A stretch of 32,000 nucleotides of DNA from Vibrio cholerae ATCC 14035 (GTDB lineage: Bacteria; Pseudomonadota; Gammaproteobacteria; Enterobacterales; Vibrionaceae): NCBI RefSeq assembly GCF_000621645.1, contig NZ_KK211322.1, forward strand, positions 111,717 to 143,716. Direction: 5' to 3'. Shown one piece after another: positions 9,529 to 16,317 of the stretch. A program made the position numbers and the translations under genes. The first letter of the stretch is position 1, and every line of letters starts with the position of its first letter. The notes beneath the pieces are model-generated. The model worked only from the letters and a program-made list of their open reading frames with translations. It did no database searches and was not told where the DNA came from.

Positions 9529-10524
9529 TTATTTTTCAAACAGATAACAACGAACAAAGTGGTTGTCAGACAACTGAGTGACTTCTGGCAAGGCTTCGCG
9601 ACATTTCGCGGAAGCGTACAAACAGCGTCCTGCAAATGGGCAGCCGACAGAATTCGGAGTCCACAGTGGGATCTCGCCTTTGTTGCCTTCCAATTTTTCG
9701 TGGATCGACTTTTTCGGATCAGGTACCGCAGAGACTAACAGCTTGGTGTAAGGGTGCTGTGGATCGTGAATGATCTCATCGGTATCACCCCATTCCACCA
9801 TGTGTCCTACGTACATAACGGCTAAATCTTCAGCGATGTAGCGAGCGGTCGCGATGTCGTGCGTGATGTATAGCAGAGACATTTGACGCTCAAACTTCAT
9901 CTCTTCCATCAGGTTGAGTACGCCTGCACGGATTGACACATCGAGCATTGAAGTGGGTTCATCAGCCAGAACAACCTCAGCACCAACAGCAATGTTACGT
10001 GCTAAGTTAACGCGCTGACGCTGACCACCAGAAAGTTGGTGCGGATATTTCGCGGCCGTAGCTTTTGGTGGGATGAGGCCGACTTGTTCAAGCAGTTCGT
10101 AAACACGCTCTTCCAACTCTTTTTTGTTGCCCGGCGTAACCTTTTTGTGGATCAGCAGCGGGCGAGCAATGTGGTGGAAAATGGTATGGGTCGGGTTGAG
10201 TGAGCCAAACGGATCTTGCCATACCATCTGTACGCCTTCGCGGTAATGCATCAGGTCGTCACGAGAAACGATGTCCTGAATATCACGGCCTTTGTACTCG
10301 ATAACCCCAGAGGTCGGCGCGTACATTTTGGCGATCATCTTGGCGGTGGTGGATTTGCCTGAGCCAGACTCACCCACCACAGATAAACCGCGACTTTTGT
10401 ACATTTTGAATGATACGTCGTTGATGGCACGCATCATGGGTTGTTTGAGTGCGTTACTGTTGATGGCAAAATCTTTAACCAGATTTTTTCCCTCAACCAG
10501 TAATTCGCCATGTGGTTTGCTCAT
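9529..10524 (-). CDS. chitobiose ABC transporter ATP-binding protein (OppF/DppF-like)
   Basis: 331 aa with Walker A GESGSGKST, signature LSGGQRQR and Walker B VLADEPTSMLD. It has the C-terminal oligopeptide-type ABC extension with a Cys cluster (CPFAGRC...C). Confidence 0.9.
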   Translation of the reverse strand: MSKPHGELLVEGKNLVKDFAINSNALKQPMMRAINDVSFKMYKSRGLSVVGESGSGKSTTAKMIAKMYAPTSGVIEYKGRDIQDIVSRDDLMHYREGVQMVWQDPFGSLNPTHTIFHHIARPLLIHKKVTPGNKKELEERVYELLEQVGLIPPKATAAKYPHQLSGGQRQRVNLARNIAVGAEVVLADEPTSMLDVSIRAGVLNLMEEMKFERQMSLLYITHDIATARYIAEDLAVMYVGHMVEWGDTDEIIHDPQHPYTKLLVSAVPDPKKSIHEKLEGNKGEIPLWTPNSVGCPFAGRCLYASAKCREALPEVTQLSDNHFVRCYLFEK

Positions 10525-10566
10525 AATTGTCTCCAGAAATTCTTTGCTACTGCTTTGTCGTACGCC

Positions 10567-11550
10567 TTAGCGTTTTATAGTGGCGTTCGATTGCGTATAG
10601 AGATGGCAGTTAGAAAAGCGGCCATGCTCGATTTGGCGCAGTACGGTCGGTACCTTAGTACAAGCTTCATGAACTCGGTCACAGCGAGCTTGGAAACGGC
10701 AACCTTGAGGAATGTCCAACAGGTTGAGTGGGTTTCCAGGGATCCCTGTGAGTTTTGTTTTTGGTCCAGTTAATGGTGGAAAAGAACTTCCCAACCCTTT
10801 GGTATAAGGGTGGTAAGGGGTTTCCAGAATTTGTTTTGAAGGAGCCACTTCAATCAATTCACCGGAGTACATGATGCCGATACGGTCTGAGAACTCGACC
10901 ATCAGTGACAAGTCATGAGTAATGAACAGAATAGAGAAACCAAACTCTTCTTTGAGTGCGTAGATCTTCTGCAGAATTTCACGCTGAACGACAACATCTA
11001 GCGCGGTCGTAGGTTCATCCATAATGATCATTTTTGGATTGAGCGCGAGCGCAATTGCAATCACCAAGCGTTGACGCATACCACCCGAGAACTGGTGCGG
11101 ATAATCGTTAAGACGGCTTGGGTGAATATCCACAATTTCTAACAGCCCTTCAGCACGACGTTTGGCTTGTTCACGCGTCATATTGGTATGGCGCATGATC
11201 ACATCGCAAAATTGCTCTTCCATGGTCAGAACTGGGTTCAGCGCGTTCATCGCACTTTGAAATACCATCGACATTTCTTTCCAACGGAACGCTTGCATGC
11301 GCTCATCACTGTATTTCAGGATGTCTTCACCGTTGAAGATCACCTCGCCACCAGTGATGAACGCGGGCGGCTTATGCAGGCGCATCAGCGAGAAGGCAAC
11401 GGTGGATTTACCACAGCCGGATTCACCCGCAAGGCCAAACACCTCGCCGGGGGCTAAATCAAAGCTCACATTGTTACAGGCACGGACGTCACCAGCATCG
11501 GTAATGTAGTCCACGCATAAGTTGCGGATTGAGATTAATGGCGTAGTCAT
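10567..11550 (-). CDS. chitobiose ABC transporter ATP-binding protein (OppD/DppD-like)
   Basis: 327 aa with Walker A GESGCGKST, signature FSGGMRQR and Walker B IIMDEPTTALD. C-terminal CRFQARC motif. Confidence 0.9.
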   Translation of the reverse strand: MTTPLISIRNLCVDYITDAGDVRACNNVSFDLAPGEVFGLAGESGCGKSTVAFSLMRLHKPPAFITGGEVIFNGEDILKYSDERMQAFRWKEMSMVFQSAMNALNPVLTMEEQFCDVIMRHTNMTREQAKRRAEGLLEIVDIHPSRLNDYPHQFSGGMRQRLVIAIALALNPKMIIMDEPTTALDVVVQREILQKIYALKEEFGFSILFITHDLSLMVEFSDRIGIMYSGELIEVAPSKQILETPYHPYTKGLGSSFPPLTGPKTKLTGIPGNPLNLLDIPQGCRFQARCDRVHEACTKVPTVLRQIEHGRFSNCHLYTQSNATIKR

Positions 11551-11552
11551 GA

Positions 11553-12578
11553 TTATTTATCTCCGCTCCAAAGTGCATTTTGTGGTGGTACGTTTGGCTC
11601 ACGCGCTTTTTGGTCTTGCTTGGCAAGGTTTTTCCAACGCTTCATGCCTTTATGTGAACGCAACTGTGGGTTAGCAATTTCGTCAACCGCAAAGTTCAAC
11701 AGCGCAAGGCCTGTGACCAGCAGAGTCAAAGATAAACAAGGTGCCAGCAGTTCCCACCAAGCGCCGATCAGCATCGAAGATGAAGTTTGTACGTTGTAGA
11801 GCATGATGCCCCAGCTGATAGTGTTTGGATCGCCCAAGCCTAGGAAGGAGATCGTCGCTTCCATCATGATCGCGTACATCACCGAACCGATAAAACTTGC
11901 GCCGACAATCGAAATCAGGTTTGGCAGAATCTCAATAAAGATGATGCGCCATGAAGATTCGCCTAGTACTTCTGCGGCTTTCACAAACTCTTTCTCACGC
12001 AGTGCCATGGTTTGCGAGCGAACCACCCGCGCACCCCAAGCCCAGGAGGTACAGCCAATAATCAGCGCTATGGTGAGAGGTCCCGCTTCCCCAATAAAGG
12101 CAGCTAATACGAACAGCAGTGGGTATTGCGGAATGACCAGCATGATGTTCATTGCGGCGGTGAGGAAATCGTCGATTTTCCCGCCAAAATAACCCGCAGA
12201 GACACCGATGACGGTGGCTAAGAAACAGACCGTGATACCAGCGCCGAAGCCCACAGCTAAGGATACGCGAGCACCATAAGCCACTTGTGACCACACATCA
12301 CGACCCATACGTGTGGTGCCTAGTATGTGGTCAGCTTTTTTCGACATCGCTAGAGTGCGGCGATCTGTCGCTAGGTTTTCGGCAATCCAGCCATCAGGAT
12401 TCGCTTTAGCCGCTTTTACGACAAAAGCGGGGTATTCGTGCGGATTACCCGTGCGCTTGTCTGGCTCATGAGAGGTAAGAAGTGGTGCGGCGACCGCGAG
12501 CAGAAAAAACAGGCCTAAGATGGTGACACCAATCATCGCCATACGGTTGCCGCGTAAGAGTTTCCAAAGTGCTTTCAT
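11553..12578 (-). CDS. chitobiose ABC transporter permease (OppC/DppC-like)
   Basis: 341 aa, polytopic and hydrophobic, of the binding-protein-dependent transport inner-membrane component type. The stop lies 2 nt before the next start. Confidence 0.9.
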   Translation of the reverse strand: MKALWKLLRGNRMAMIGVTILGLFFLLAVAAPLLTSHEPDKRTGNPHEYPAFVVKAAKANPDGWIAENLATDRRTLAMSKKADHILGTTRMGRDVWSQVAYGARVSLAVGFGAGITVCFLATVIGVSAGYFGGKIDDFLTAAMNIMLVIPQYPLLFVLAAFIGEAGPLTIALIIGCTSWAWGARVVRSQTMALREKEFVKAAEVLGESSWRIIFIEILPNLISIVGASFIGSVMYAIMMEATISFLGLGDPNTISWGIMLYNVQTSSSMLIGAWWELLAPCLSLTLLVTGLALLNFAVDEIANPQLRSHKGMKRWKNLAKQDQKAREPNVPPQNALWSGDK

Positions 12579-12580
12579 GA

Positions 12581-13567
12581 TTATTTACCTCCCTTGCGTA
12601 AGCGAGGGTCAAGAACAACGTATAACATGTCCGCCAGCAGGTTAAAGAACAGCATGAACAGCGTCATGATCAGCAGCTGACCTTGCAGAACTTGGTAGTC
12701 ACGTGCGGTAATCGCGTTGAACAGTACAGTGCCTAAACCTGGGTAGTTGAAGATGATTTCGATAATCAACTGACCACCAATCGCCATACCGAGCGACATA
12801 GAAAGAGCGGTCACACTTGGCAGTAGAGCGTTACGTGCTGCGTAGTTAAATACCACGCGGTTTTCGCTCAGGCCTTTGCCTTTTGCCATGGTGATGTAAT
12901 CTTCAGCGAGCAGGTTAATCATGTTGTTACGCATGTTGACCAAGAAGCCACCGATCTGCACGATCGAAGCACAGAACAGAGGAAGAACGGCGTGATAACC
13001 GACGTCTTTGATGAATGCCCAACTCGTCCAATCTGGAGTGGTACCTGCTGTGTATGCGTAGCCAGTTGGGAACCAACTTAAACCGATAGCGAAAGTGAAC
13101 ATGGCGAGCATGGCAATAACCACTTGTGGTACAGCCTGAATCACCAGCATTCCCGGAGTAATAAAAGTGTCGTAACGGCTGCCCCGTTTCCATGCGGCAA
13201 AAATCCCCAGCACAGAGCCGATTGAGAAAGAGATGATAACCGCCGTTCCCGCAAGGAACAGTGACCAACCAAATGCACCACCAAGCAGCTCATTCACACT
13301 TAAAGGGTAGAATTTGATTGAAGTGCCCAGCTCCCAAGTCAGGATGCTTTTGATGTACGTCAGATACTGCACATACCAAGGACCTTCAACAAAGCCAAGT
13401 AACTGTTTCATGGCTTCGATACGTTCTGGAGTAACTTGTGCGGTTGCGTGAGCAAACATCATGGTGACCGGATCACCAGGCATGGCACGCGGAATAATAA
13501 AGTTTAATGTTGCTGCGACCAGCAACGCGGCAAAATAGAACGACAATCGTCTTAAAAAGTAACCCAT
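12581..13567 (-). CDS. chitobiose ABC transporter permease (OppB/DppB-like)
   Basis: 328 aa, polytopic, with an N-terminus (MGYFLRRL...) typical of OppB/DppB family permeases. AAGGTG SD upstream. Confidence 0.9.
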   Translation of the reverse strand: MGYFLRRLSFYFAALLVAATLNFIIPRAMPGDPVTMMFAHATAQVTPERIEAMKQLLGFVEGPWYVQYLTYIKSILTWELGTSIKFYPLSVNELLGGAFGWSLFLAGTAVIISFSIGSVLGIFAAWKRGSRYDTFITPGMLVIQAVPQVVIAMLAMFTFAIGLSWFPTGYAYTAGTTPDWTSWAFIKDVGYHAVLPLFCASIVQIGGFLVNMRNNMINLLAEDYITMAKGKGLSENRVVFNYAARNALLPSVTALSMSLGMAIGGQLIIEIIFNYPGLGTVLFNAITARDYQVLQGQLLIMTLFMLFFNLLADMLYVVLDPRLRKGGK

Positions 13568-13699
13568 AACTTACACCTTACTCACCCAGTTTTGTCCTGT
13601 CTCTGGTTTCAGGTCTCGCCCCTAGCGAATTTGAGAGCGAGAAATCCCCTGACGACGAGCGCCATATGTCTGCTTAACAACATGAGGGGATTTAGATAG

Positions 13700-13720
13700 G
13701 CGGCGCACAGCGTGCGCCGC
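13700..13720 (-). other. strong GC stem-loop immediately after cbp (partial terminator / 3'-end stabiliser setting the binding-protein to transporter ratio)
   Basis: 9-bp all-Watson-Crick stem GCGGCGCAC/GTGCGCCGC with a 3-nt loop, 16 nt past the cbp stop. A second long-range stem AAATCCCCT/AGGGGATTT (13642-13650/13685-13693) follows. Neither has a U-tract. Confidence 0.5.
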
Positions 13721-13736
13721 AAGAAATGAACGTGTA

Positions 13737-15407
13737 TTACTTAACTGGTTTCAGATCCAGTACGTGTAGTAGACGCTCTGGGATACCAGCCCAAACGCTT
13801 GGACGGCCCTTCGGATTTTCTTCGCTCCACCAGCCAGTGAAACGAGTGGTGTTGTACTGATACATCCATGCACCAGACATTACAGGGATAGTCACTTGGT
13901 TTTCAGCAATGATCTTCTGAATACCGTGAGCGATCGCTAACTGCTCGTTCTTGTCCGCTGTTTTGTAGAAGCTGTCTAGCAAACCATCAAGCTTCTTATC
14001 GGTGAAGTAGTGCATCGCAAAGCGTGGCATACCGTCGCCAGATTGTAGAGCTGAGTTGTAGCCGCTGTTCCAGTAAGTGAATGGGTCAGCGCCGTGGAAG
14101 TAGTTGGTATACGCAACGTCGTAAGTACCTTCTAGCATCGCTTGGTTATAAACCGCGAATTCAGGAGTACGTGCTTTCGCTTTGATACCCACTTCTTGTA
14201 GCTGCTCAACCGCCAGTTGAACTGTGTTGTTAAAGTCAGTCCAGCCGTTTGGAGATTGGATCAGCAGTTCAAAAGATTTGCCTGATGGAGTTTCAACGAA
14301 ACCGTCACCGTTCACATCTTTGAAGCCCGCTTTTGCCAGTAGCTTCTTAGAGCCTTCAACGTCATAAGTGTTGAAGCCTTTGTACTTTTTGTGGGTCGCT
14401 TCATCAGACCATGCTTCGAATGCGTAGCCAAGGCCAGATGCGAAGTCGTTCACAGTACCGCTGCCGTAGAAGGCGATATCAATGATGGTTTGACGATCCA
14501 GAGCCATAGAGAACGCACGACGGAAATCTACGTTATCCAGTGCTTCTTTTTTCGCAGGATCTGGGTTTTTGAAGTTCACCATGAACGCCTGAGTACCCGC
14601 TGCTGGATACCAGTAGTGGTGGTTAGGGTTCGCTGCGGCGTAAGTACGGTCGATATCTGGAACGAATGAAGAAGTCCAGTCGAGCTCAGAGTTAACGATT
14701 TTGCCCAGTAGTTGGTCGTTGTTTGCGATTTGTGGAACACGCAGACAGTCAACTTCTAGGTTAGCGGCATCCCAGTAGTTCGGGTTACGACACTGGATGT
14801 ACAGTTGTGGAGTGAAAGTGTCGATCACGGTGAAAGGACCAGTACCTACTGGATTTTCGTTAGTGAAGGTGGTTGGATCTTTCACGTCTTTCCACACGTG
14901 CTCAGCAACGATAGGGATCAGAGAAATTTCATAAGGTACGTTTGAGTTTGCTTCAGACAAACGGAAACGCACTTTGTATTCGTCAACTTTCTCAACGCTG
15001 GTAACCCACTTGTTGATACCACGTTGATCAAGTTCTGGTTTCGCTTTCAGCAGGCCGAAAGAGTAAACCACGTCGTCAGCTGTGAATGCTTCACCGTCAG
15101 ACCACTTAACGCCTTTGCGGATATCGAAAGTCACGCTCATCAGGTCGTCAGCCATTTTGTAGCTTTCTGCCAGACGGAAAACAGGCGTATTACCTTTCAT
15201 TTCATTGAATACAACCAGAGGTTCATAGATAAAGTCGGTGGTTGTACGCAGGTTAGTCGCTAAGTACGGGTTGAAGTTACGTACCATTGTAGGGTAGAAA
15301 TCTGGCACGATGGTGAGCTCACTACGTGCAAACGCTGGAGCTGAAACACTGGTTGCTGCTGCGATTACTGCGGCGGCTAGTGCTGTCTTTTTAATATTGG
15401 CAAGCAT
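13737..15407 (-). CDS. cbp: periplasmic chitin-oligosaccharide binding protein (family 5 SBP, DppA/OppA-like)
   Basis: 556 aa with a signal peptide MLANIKKTALAAAVIAAATSVSAPAFA/RSE. AAGGA SD upstream. It is the first gene of the operon. It matches the V. cholerae CBP that partners ChiS (established knowledge). Confidence 0.92.
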   Translation of the reverse strand: MLANIKKTALAAAVIAAATSVSAPAFARSELTIVPDFYPTMVRNFNPYLATNLRTTTDFIYEPLVVFNEMKGNTPVFRLAESYKMADDLMSVTFDIRKGVKWSDGEAFTADDVVYSFGLLKAKPELDQRGINKWVTSVEKVDEYKVRFRLSEANSNVPYEISLIPIVAEHVWKDVKDPTTFTNENPVGTGPFTVIDTFTPQLYIQCRNPNYWDAANLEVDCLRVPQIANNDQLLGKIVNSELDWTSSFVPDIDRTYAAANPNHHYWYPAAGTQAFMVNFKNPDPAKKEALDNVDFRRAFSMALDRQTIIDIAFYGSGTVNDFASGLGYAFEAWSDEATHKKYKGFNTYDVEGSKKLLAKAGFKDVNGDGFVETPSGKSFELLIQSPNGWTDFNNTVQLAVEQLQEVGIKAKARTPEFAVYNQAMLEGTYDVAYTNYFHGADPFTYWNSGYNSALQSGDGMPRFAMHYFTDKKLDGLLDSFYKTADKNEQLAIAHGIQKIIAENQVTIPVMSGAWMYQYNTTRFTGWWSEENPKGRPSVWAGIPERLLHVLDLKPVK

Positions 15408-15589
15408 AGCTGTTCCTTACTAGTTGCTTTCATTTCACTAATGGATGGAATGTCATCAATTGATAAACACTCTCCAAGACCTACCTCATCACTTTTACCC
15501 CGTCGGAGGGTGGGGAGTCATGAGTGGCCTGTAGGCCTTTGGCAGGAGTAAGAAAACACCTAGCCAAGAAATTTATCAATTGCAATTCC

Positions 15590-15636
15590 CGTTAAAAACG
15601 TCAAAACCTAGATGCCCTACGTCATTAACGTCAAAA
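15590..15636 (-). promoter_or_regulatory. pair of 17-bp direct repeats TTTTGACGTT(A/T)(A/T)T(G/A)ACG, candidate activator (ChiS?) binding sites
   Basis: On the minus strand, 15636-15620 reads TTTTGACGTTAATGACG and 15606-15590 reads TTTTGACGTTTTTAACG. They match at 14 of 17 positions with a 30-bp start-to-start offset, about 3 helical turns. A TTGCAA -35-like hexamer follows at 15585-15580. Confidence 0.4.
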
Positions 15637-15774
15637 TACCTTCTGATGTGTGATTTTTGTACAAAAAACGCGAAGTGATTCAACTCGCAAAACGGGTACG
15701 GTTTAGCTAGGTTTGTTAGTGTTTACTTACTTATTTGGCCTTGTTTGATAATGGCTCTTTGCCTGAGTTATATT

Positions 15775-15786
15775 TGCGAGATCTCG
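15775..15786. promoter_or_regulatory. perfect 12-bp palindrome GCGAGATCTCGC, operator-like (TetR-type / SlmA-like architecture)
   Basis: Read directly from the sequence. It has the same G-N-GAG-NN-CTC-N-C layout as the SlmA-binding-site (SBS) consensus GTGAGTACTCAC, and the flanking minus strand reads GTGAGCG. The 8-mer TTTGCGAG recurs inverted at 15684-15691. Confidence 0.3.
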
Positions 15787-15806
15787 CTCACTAGCCTGAT
15801 TTTACG

Positions 15807-15828
15807 TTAATTTAATCGATTAAATTAA
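15807..15828. promoter_or_regulatory. perfect 22-bp palindrome TTAATTTAATCGATTAAATTAA, operator-like (NagC/Mlc-style TTAATTT..AAATTAA arms)
   Basis: Exact reverse-complement symmetry, verified base by base. It lies between a -10-like TAAAAT (minus strand, 15804-15799) and a CRP-like site. Confidence 0.35.
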
Positions 15829-15842
15829 ATCTGGCGAATTGT

Positions 15843-15858
15843 TGTGACTCCCTTCGCA
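15843..15858. promoter_or_regulatory. CRP-like site TGTGA-N6-TCGCA
   Basis: TGTGActccctTCGCA matches 9 of 10 core positions of the consensus TGTGA-N6-TCACA. chb expression is known to depend on cAMP-CRP, but whether CRP acts directly at this site is unknown to me. Confidence 0.4.
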
Positions 15859-16024
15859 ATCTCAAACAAAGGCTGACTGAATCAGGAATTTGCTGCCCTT
15901 TCTTACCGTTTTATCCCGACTTTTTGAATACAAGAAGAGGGGAGTAATATGCTTTTTTTATCTCTTGAATCAAGTCTGAGTGTGTCACTCTAGTGCTCAA
16001 TATGAAGGGACGAATTCCTCTGCG

Positions 16025-16139
16025 ATTGGAAGCTGCGTGGTATTGGTTTTGTTGCTTCACCCCTATCACATAGTTTGCCTAGGCTCATGGGATTCACTGA
16101 CTTGCCACCTACCTGCAACTCCAAGTTGTTTGGGTATAG
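16025..16139. repeat. ERIC / IRU-like intergenic repeat, near full length
   Basis: GGCTCATGGGATTCACTGACTTGCCACCTACCTGCAACTCCAAGTTGTTTGGGTATAG closely parallels the remembered ERIC arm AAGCTCCTGGGGATTCACTCACTTGCCGCCTTCCTGCAACTCGAATTATTTAGAGTATA. The left arm TTGGAAGCTGCGTGGTATTGG...GCTTCACCCC is its imperfect inverted partner. The left boundary is uncertain. Confidence 0.6.
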
Positions 16140-16148
16140 TGCATCTAG

Positions 16149-16218
16149 AATGGTTTATCTGTGCTCATGGAGATAAATTCAGTTGTTGCCTAGCGGCAAT
16201 TCAAGTTGCTTGGGTATG
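16149..16218. repeat. second, internally deleted ERIC-like copy in tandem
   Basis: AATGGTTTATCTG...AGTTGTTGCCTAGCGGCAATTCAAGTTGCTTGGGTATG aligns to copy 1 (ATTGGTTTTGTTG...AGTTTGCCTAGG[31-bp gap]GCAACTCCAAGTTGTTTGGGTATAG). Confidence 0.55.
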
Positions 16219-16270
16219 TCACTTCAAGACCCTGATTAACCGAGTTGGGAAAGCGTTTTGTTATGGACAT

Positions 16271-16297
16271 AAAAAAACCACCCTGCGGTGGTTTTTA
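16271..16297 (-). terminator. chiS rho-independent terminator (structurally bidirectional)
   Basis: Stem AAAAACCACC/GGTGGTTTTT with a 4-nt loop CTGC, 22 nt after the chiS stop. The minus strand reads a hairpin followed by T7. Confidence 0.85.
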
Positions 16298-16317
16298 TGG
16301 CTCGCTTGCGGATTGCT

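Larger units (their letters stand above)
15408..15960 (-). promoter_or_regulatory. chb operon promoter / control region (exact transcription start site, TSS, not determinable by eye)
   Basis: About 550 bp of non-coding, AT-rich DNA upstream of cbp, packed with direct repeats and palindromes (listed separately). The operon needs a promoter here because the upstream gene chiS ends in a terminator at 16271-16297. Confidence 0.75.

Noticed and set aside
15649-15664. Second CRP-like sequence TGTGAtttttgTACAA
   Set aside because: The right half-site matches the TCACA consensus at only 2 of 5 positions, much weaker than the site at 15843-15858.
15949-15993. 14-codon plus-strand mini-ORF (MLFLSLESSLSVSL) with a GAGGGGAG SD-like sequence
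   Set aside because: It is too short and low-complexity to support, and I could find no upstream promoter. The SD-like purine run may be coincidental. I mention it only because it faces away from the chb promoter.
15960-16297. Idea of a plus-strand chitin-responsive sRNA (TfoR-like) ending at the bidirectional hairpin at 16271-16297
   Set aside because: I found no convincing plus-strand promoter, and the sequence is accounted for by ERIC-like repeats. As far as I recall, TfoR maps to a different locus next to tfoS. Only strand-specific RNA-seq could revive this idea.
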